Part shown: positions 58,160-64,000 of the stretch, piece by piece | How positions within the stretch are numbered: position 1 is the stretch's first letter | How the letters are laid out: each line of letters opens with the position of its first letter | Source of the DNA: Eledone cirrhosa | Lineage: Eukaryota | Reading direction: 5' to 3' | Assembly: GCA_964016885.1 (NCBI GenBank) | Contig: OZ024746.1 | Location: 93,806,001 to 93,870,000 of the forward strand | Length of the DNA stretch: 64,000 nucleotides | Made by a program: the position numbers and the translations under genes | The notes under the pieces: model-generated | Databases searched by the model: none | What the model was told of the DNA's origin: nothing | The model's input: only the letters and a program-made list of their open reading frames with translations

Positions 58160-60059
58160 AAAAATGAGAAATAAAATAGATTGAGGGGACGGGCGGGATG
58201 GAATTGGAAAAAAATGTCTTTAGATAAAAATAACAGGTCCATTCATGTTGACATCTCAAGCGTGAGAGTGTGTGAATAGTCATCGGGTAAAAACAACACA
58301 GAAGAACCATACAGTTCAACGATTATATATTGCATTAGTTTATCTCTCTTGGCATAGTAGGAAAAGAGTCTTGACGTTTCGGATGTTAGTCTTTCATCAA
58401 AAGATAGAATGAGAGACAGTAGAAAAATTAGAAAGATAAACGAAAAGAAGAAGAGAAAGAAACGGAAAAAAATAATAGTTTTTACTGGAAGGAAGGACGT
58501 CTGTTTAGTGAGCCATGATATTCGCCACAGCACATCACAACCAATTTTCAAACACACATCACACACTTCACCACAACACATCACAGAAACATATTTAACA
58601 TGTGGCTTTTTATTTGCTTATTTATTTGTTTATTCATTTAATGTTCATCTTGTCCCAGTTTTTGATCTTCATCTGCAGTCATTTTTGACTGTATTACTTC
58701 TTCAAACACTCGAATCAGACTTGATGCCGTTCCAGCAAAATAGTTGGGTAGTTGTCTTGAAAACATTAGATATATCTTTACCACACCTTACACCAGCATG
58801 TCTCACATTTTTGCTCTCTCTCTCTCTCTTTCACACACACATACACTCACTCTCTGTCTTTCTCTGCCCCCCCCCCCCCCCATCTCTCTCCCTCTCAGTG
58901 TTAGCTATAACTGTTAACTGTAATTCAGATTTCGTCTGTAATTCCATGAGAATCGATCACTTAATTAAAACTTACATTTACATATGAAATCAATCTTCAC
59001 GCACGCGCGCGCACGCACAGGCAGACACCACGCACACACATATTCTCTATCGCTCTTAAATGCATCTCGTGTACATCCGAAGATCGCGTTGTGATCAGGT
59101 TTAGGAGATCGACGAAGAATTCTCTCCACCTCCCGAGGATCTACCTCTCTGAAAAGACGAGAACCTCAGATGCGTTCTTAATAGCAGGTGTCTACCCGGA
59201 CACTTTATTTGCTGATCTGAAATCGGATTCCAGCTAAACCCCAATGCTTCAGAGGGTCCGGGGCATTTTATCCCTTTGTCCCCATCAAATCCGACCAGTT
59301 TGTATTACATATACAGTTCATATGGCGGGCTTCCAAACAGTTTCCGTCTACCCAGTTTCACATTCAAGGCATGCATTAATCCCAGGCTACAGTAAATGAC
59401 ACGTGCCCAACTAATGGTGGACAGATACTAGTAGAAAGACCAAATACACTCAGTTAGTTTGAAAACACCAATCAATGAACCACATACAGATAGTTAAGTC
59501 CAAAACGAAATAAAGAACACATATTTAGTATTTTACTGATCAAAATTAACCCAGTTCAACCTTTTTTAAACTTTGGATTGCTTTTAATTATAATTGGAAA
59601 AAAAACCGTAAATCTACTCCGAGTTGGGAAGCCCAGCTATTCCATAGTACTGTGTCTGTATGTATGTGTTTCGATCCCAGAGAGAGTTATAAGGCTGGTA
59701 CTTGTCCTGGTTTCCGTGGCATGAAGCGACTGAGAGTAAAAACCCTCCTCTAGACAGGATGCACCCCACCCCCCGCCACACACAGCTATTGCTGTTACTC
59801 ATTTTCAGCTGAGTATACTGGAGCAACATGAAATGAAGTATTCTACTGAAGAACACACCGCACAACCCATCCCAGGATTCGAACCCACACCATTATGATC
59901 GCAAGTCCAACACCCTTACCACTAGGCCATGTGCCTCCACACAGTATTGTGTCTAGGGTGTATTAATTCTAGCTCTTTGTGTCAGCCAGAATTAGAGTTA
60001 TTCGCCTCCAAATTATGTTTAACATTTAGATATGTCATCCTACTTCGTGAACGATAGTT

Positions 60060-60228
60060 GTTTCTACTTTTGGCACAAGGCCAGCAATTACCCCAGTACA
60101 TTACTGGTGCTTTATTTTATCGACCCCGTAAAGATGAAAGGCAAAGTTAACCTCGACGGGATTTGAACTAAGACAGTAAAGGGCCATAACTCTATGCTGC
60201 AAAGCATGACGTCCGACCCTCTACCGAT
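60060..60228 (-). mobile_element. SINE family A copy
   Basis: Reverse complement closely matches 50970-51137. Confidence 0.82.
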
Positions 60229-60369
60229 AGACGATAGTGACCAGATCGTCGATGGTTTTTTTTTTGGCAATCAACTGCTCAATAATGTTTACACTAAAAG
60301 CTCTAGTTCTTTTATTTCAAGTGCTTTGTTTTACTTGGTAGATCTGGAAGAAGGAGCAGTGTCCATGGC

Positions 60370-60780
60370 CTTCACACGCTCTCAGAGGTTGGTCTGAAGG
60401 AAGGGGCAGTTGATGCTCAGTTGAAACTGTTGTAGGTACACCACTCGTTTAGGAAATACTTGAGTAGGGAGGGTGTTCCAGAGAACCAATGGTCTTGGTA
60501 GGTTTGACTGGGCATAGTGATTTTTGCAGGACCAGGAGGGCTGGACACAACATTGGTGATGAGAGAAAGAGAGACGGGTGGAGGTAGCATGAGACAAGAA
60601 AACTCCGAGGAGTAGAGACCACTGTAGGAGGTGGAGTGACACGATGCTTGTGGACCAGACGCTGGGGGGTGAGTGACTTTAAGCTAATTAGACAAGTTGT
60701 TGTTTTTTTCTGGATGCTGTCGTCTAGAATGTCAGCATGAGCAACAACTGCACCGTCCCTGACGTGGGAGCAGTACTCCA
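60370..60780 (-). mobile_element. Degenerate CR1/L2-group LINE 3' fragment
   Basis: EYCSHV(W)DGA, IQKK and LWNTLP...VFP motifs on the minus strand, with frameshifts. Confidence 0.7.
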
Positions 60781-61074
60781 AGGGCCAGATTTAATGGGGA
60801 GGTCAAGAGGGCAATTGCTTCAGGTCCCCTCCAGTAGTGTGGGGGGGGGGGGGCACCAGCGACGGCCGTTCTAATTCATTTGTGCCCTAGGCTGGGCTTT
60901 TTAGTTTTAGGATGGTTAGAACTTTTGAATTTAATACCTGTATGTATAACTTTTCACTTCCAGTTACTTGCACCAAGCTAACTTTGATATGTAAAATTGA
61001 GGTGAGGGGGGGGGGGTGCTGTGTATTCTAATTTTTTGTGTATGAGGGGCCCCTCAAGGTCTAAATCCAAGCCT

Positions 61075-61232
61075 GGTTCCAGTCGTGACCACCTGATTTT
61101 CTTTTTTGATTTGAAGGTGTATTATAGATTGGGCTATATTATCCAATGCGTCTTTCCATTTTTAAGGTAGACGGCCGGGTGCAATTTAAAGAAGATTTGG
61201 TTGCTATTTCTAGCAGATCGATAAAAACATGT
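61075..61232 (+). repeat. Representative copy of an old abundant repeat (core gatttggctgctatttctagcag); more than 12 degenerate copies on both strands
   Basis: Core recurs near 588, 1465, 22148, 22922, 24176, 30637, 32851, 45022, 46771 and 48741, and reverse-complemented near 15712, 21842, 39940, 61715 and 62503. Class unknown. Confidence 0.6.
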
Positions 61233-63039
61233 AGAGTCTCCTTCGTTGGCTATTTGGCAGCAAGTCGTAACAAGCGGAGTTTCTATGGAACAAACCAGAT
61301 GCTAAACTTTTGGAGAGAAACAAAGTATGATAACACGCAGCACAAAAGCGCAATAATTGAAGTGGAGTCCTAATATATCGAGAGTAGATTACCTACAAGA
61401 AGAACAGCGAACATCTGTACGATAAGTTTTATCACCTGGAGAGCTCTACAAGTGTCGAGATTAATGATAAACTCACTACTTCAAATACTTTCTTATTGTC
61501 CTTGAAATTATCTCCCCTCTTCTTTGATAGTCACTAAATATTGCCACTTGGCTTTTGTTTCTCTAGCGAGAAGAGAAATTTCGATTTACTGAGACATACA
61601 TCATTCAGTACTTTACCACCTGCATGACTTTGTAACTAGGTTTGTTGGGAGTTCTGCCCCGACTAAGTTTACAAAGCAATAAAGTGAACAGGCTTTTATG
61701 TGGTCATTTGACCTGCAGGAAATGTCAGCCAAATATCCTATATATCACAATGTACTATCTTTAAAAATTGACAAATATGTTGGATAATGCTATCCAATAA
61801 ATTCAGTATATGTTCGGCTCAAATCCGTAAGATCGAGAGATCGGTTCCTGGATCGGACAGCACGTTGTGTCCTTGAGCAAGCCACTTTATTTCACATTGC
61901 TCCAGACAACTCAGCTGGCAGAAAAAAGAGTCGTATCTGTAATTAATGGGGCTAGCCATGTCCCATATTGCTGAATCTACCTGACAGCTACATTAAATGT
62001 ACACGTGTCTATGGAATGCCACTTACACTTTAATTTTACGATCAGACAAGTTCCATTGATCGAATAAACTGGAGCACTCCTTGTGTGTGTATGTGTGTGA
62101 AGGCGTGTGACTTGGTGGTTATAATGTTGGATTCACAATCATGAATTTATTAGTTCCATTCCAAGACCAGGCGATGCATTATATCCTTGAGCAAGACACT
62201 TTATTTCACGTTGCTCCAGTTTACTCAGTGTTGCGATGTCACTGGTGCCAGAGGGGATACTGGTATGCATGGGTAATACCTTGTCTTCTTCCACAAAAAC
62301 ACTTTGCCCGGTCTTTGGCATCAGAGGGGAACTTTCTAGGTGTAAAACCTATGGACAGAATGGTGTCTTCACCTTTTTATATATTATAGTCATGGTTCAA
62401 ATGTATTTGATGAAAGGTCTGCGTGATAAGGGCTAACCAATAGCTGAACAAAAACATCAATACTTGCATGAGACAACGAACAGGACTCCTTAATCTCTCG
62501 AACTGCTAGAAAGATCAGCCAAATATTCATCAAATCAGACAATGACACATAAAAAGGGGAAGGATACATTGGATAGTGTAGTCTTAGATACATTATGTCA
62601 GAATAAAAAAAGAAACGAGATGGGTACAGCCGAAAGTTGAACTGTTTTTGTTTTGTTATTTATATATAATAGGTCAGTTTAATCAGGACTGGACCTTCAT
62701 CGGTTTCGGCGATGAGCGTTCCAGACGTTCGATCAACGGAACAGTCTACTCATGAAATTACCGCTGAGCATAACGTTATTCTCAGGGATAAAGAATTTCA
62801 GGTACCGACCATCCGATGGGCTTTCAAACAGTTTCAATCTACCCAATTTCACTCATAAGATATGGGTCGACCCAAGGTTATGGTAAATCACCTTTGGTCA
62901 AGATACCACACAGCGGGATCAAACCTGGGATCTAATGATTGCGAAGCGAACTTTTTAACGATTTGGTCAAACTGCATCCCCTATCAGGGCTAAGCAACCG
63001 TTGACCAACAACCTGCACCAACTCCTTATGGTACACTGT

Positions 63040-63447
63040 ACGTCTACCTCTTCATCCACTAATTCCTGAGAGGGTCGTAGTGGCAGAGTCCTCAAACACT
63101 CCTTCCAGCGAGTCGTGTCAGAAGCAACCATCTCCAACTTATCTGGCTAGATCCTCAAGCGAGACCAACCAAGCTCATAGATGTTATCCAACCATCTTGC
63201 TCGGGGTCTACTCCTGGGTTTCCTGTCGGTTGGTTTTGCCCGTAAAATCTGTCCAGCGATTCTTTCCTAAGACATTCTAACCACATGCCCATAATATCGA
63301 AACTGTGATCTCTCAATTCGGAGAAGTAGCGGCTCTACCTGAAGTGACTCTCTGATGCTCGAGCTACGCACTTTATCGAGTAACGTTAATCCAAAGACCC
63401 CTCGGAGGAATCCCATTTCGGCCGCTTGTATTCGCGATCTTTCGGTC
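63040..63447 (-). mobile_element. RTE LINE C-terminal fragment
   Basis: LTERSRIQAAEMGFLRGVFGLTLLDKVRSSSIRESLQVEPLLLRIERSQFRYYGHVVRM is a typical RTE C-terminus. Confidence 0.85.
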
Positions 63448-64000
63448 AGTCTCGGATTCAATTTTGTCTTTAATCCTTCCTGGACATCAATGAAATAAAG
63501 TACTAGTCCAGGGATTGGCGAAATTGTTATAGTATCGGATAAGGTGCCTTCTGGTATTTGTCCCGCCTTTTGCCGTCTAAGTTCAACTCCTGCCAAAGAT
63601 TAGTGAGAGTGAGGGCGGAAGGTATATCGAAAGTAGATGCCAAGTCTGAATGCTTGTCACTCAGTTATCTAGAAAAAGATCATGAACATGGTGGATAGTC
63701 TTACTCAGATATGAGTTGGGTAAAAGAGAACTGACTCTTAAAGGTCAGACAGAAGTGATTAGCTTCTATATCCCTTCAGTGGATTACTACTACTTGACCA
63801 TCGTATATTGCCCCCCAATAAACATCTGACAAGATTGGAATGTATGCTCTTTTACATCTTGTAAAAAAGACATGTCTCTCCGGTCAGGCAGTCTATCCAC
63901 TGCCAACACCCACTTCAAGGGGCTCTTAGTATGTCGAGGCTGATGATGCATTGGCACACACTGATACTGACCCCTTTTCGGCAGAGATTCCTGGTCCATG

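Noticed and set aside
60781-61076. Possible hAT-type MITE (agggccagattta ... taaatccaagcctg)
   Set aside because: TIR match is imperfect, no target-site duplication is evident and there is no clear second copy.
63790-63999. Minus-strand ORF at the window edge
   Set aside because: No recognisable motif and truncated by the window.

Overview
AT-rich, repeat-dense eukaryotic genomic DNA. It is probably from a cephalopod (Octopus-like), inferred only from repeat style and not verified. The one host gene is a plus-strand Delta-type Notch ligand. Seven coding exons (23659-40773) join in frame through GT-AG splice sites to give the end of the C2/MNNL domain, DSL, 9 EGF repeats, a transmembrane helix and a cytoplasmic tail with an NEQN motif and C-terminal ATEV. 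The 5' exons were not found, so 1-23658 is probably part of one long intron. The rest is mobile DNA: a young 5'-truncated RTE-clade LINE with an intact RT frame and an embedded PHD-like finger, further RTE and CR1/L2-type fragments, a decayed Penelope-like element, piggyBac-type MITEs, two tRNA-SINE families and multi-kb (TA)n arrays whose Ile/Tyr ORFs are spurious. The main unexplained pattern is about 13 hammerhead-ribozyme motifs, intact or degenerate. Most sit in short non-coding elements next to (TA)n tracts, several carry an inverted 5' duplication, and one lies in the 3' end of the Penelope-like element. Together they suggest a diverse Penelope-mobilised, ribozyme-bearing element system.
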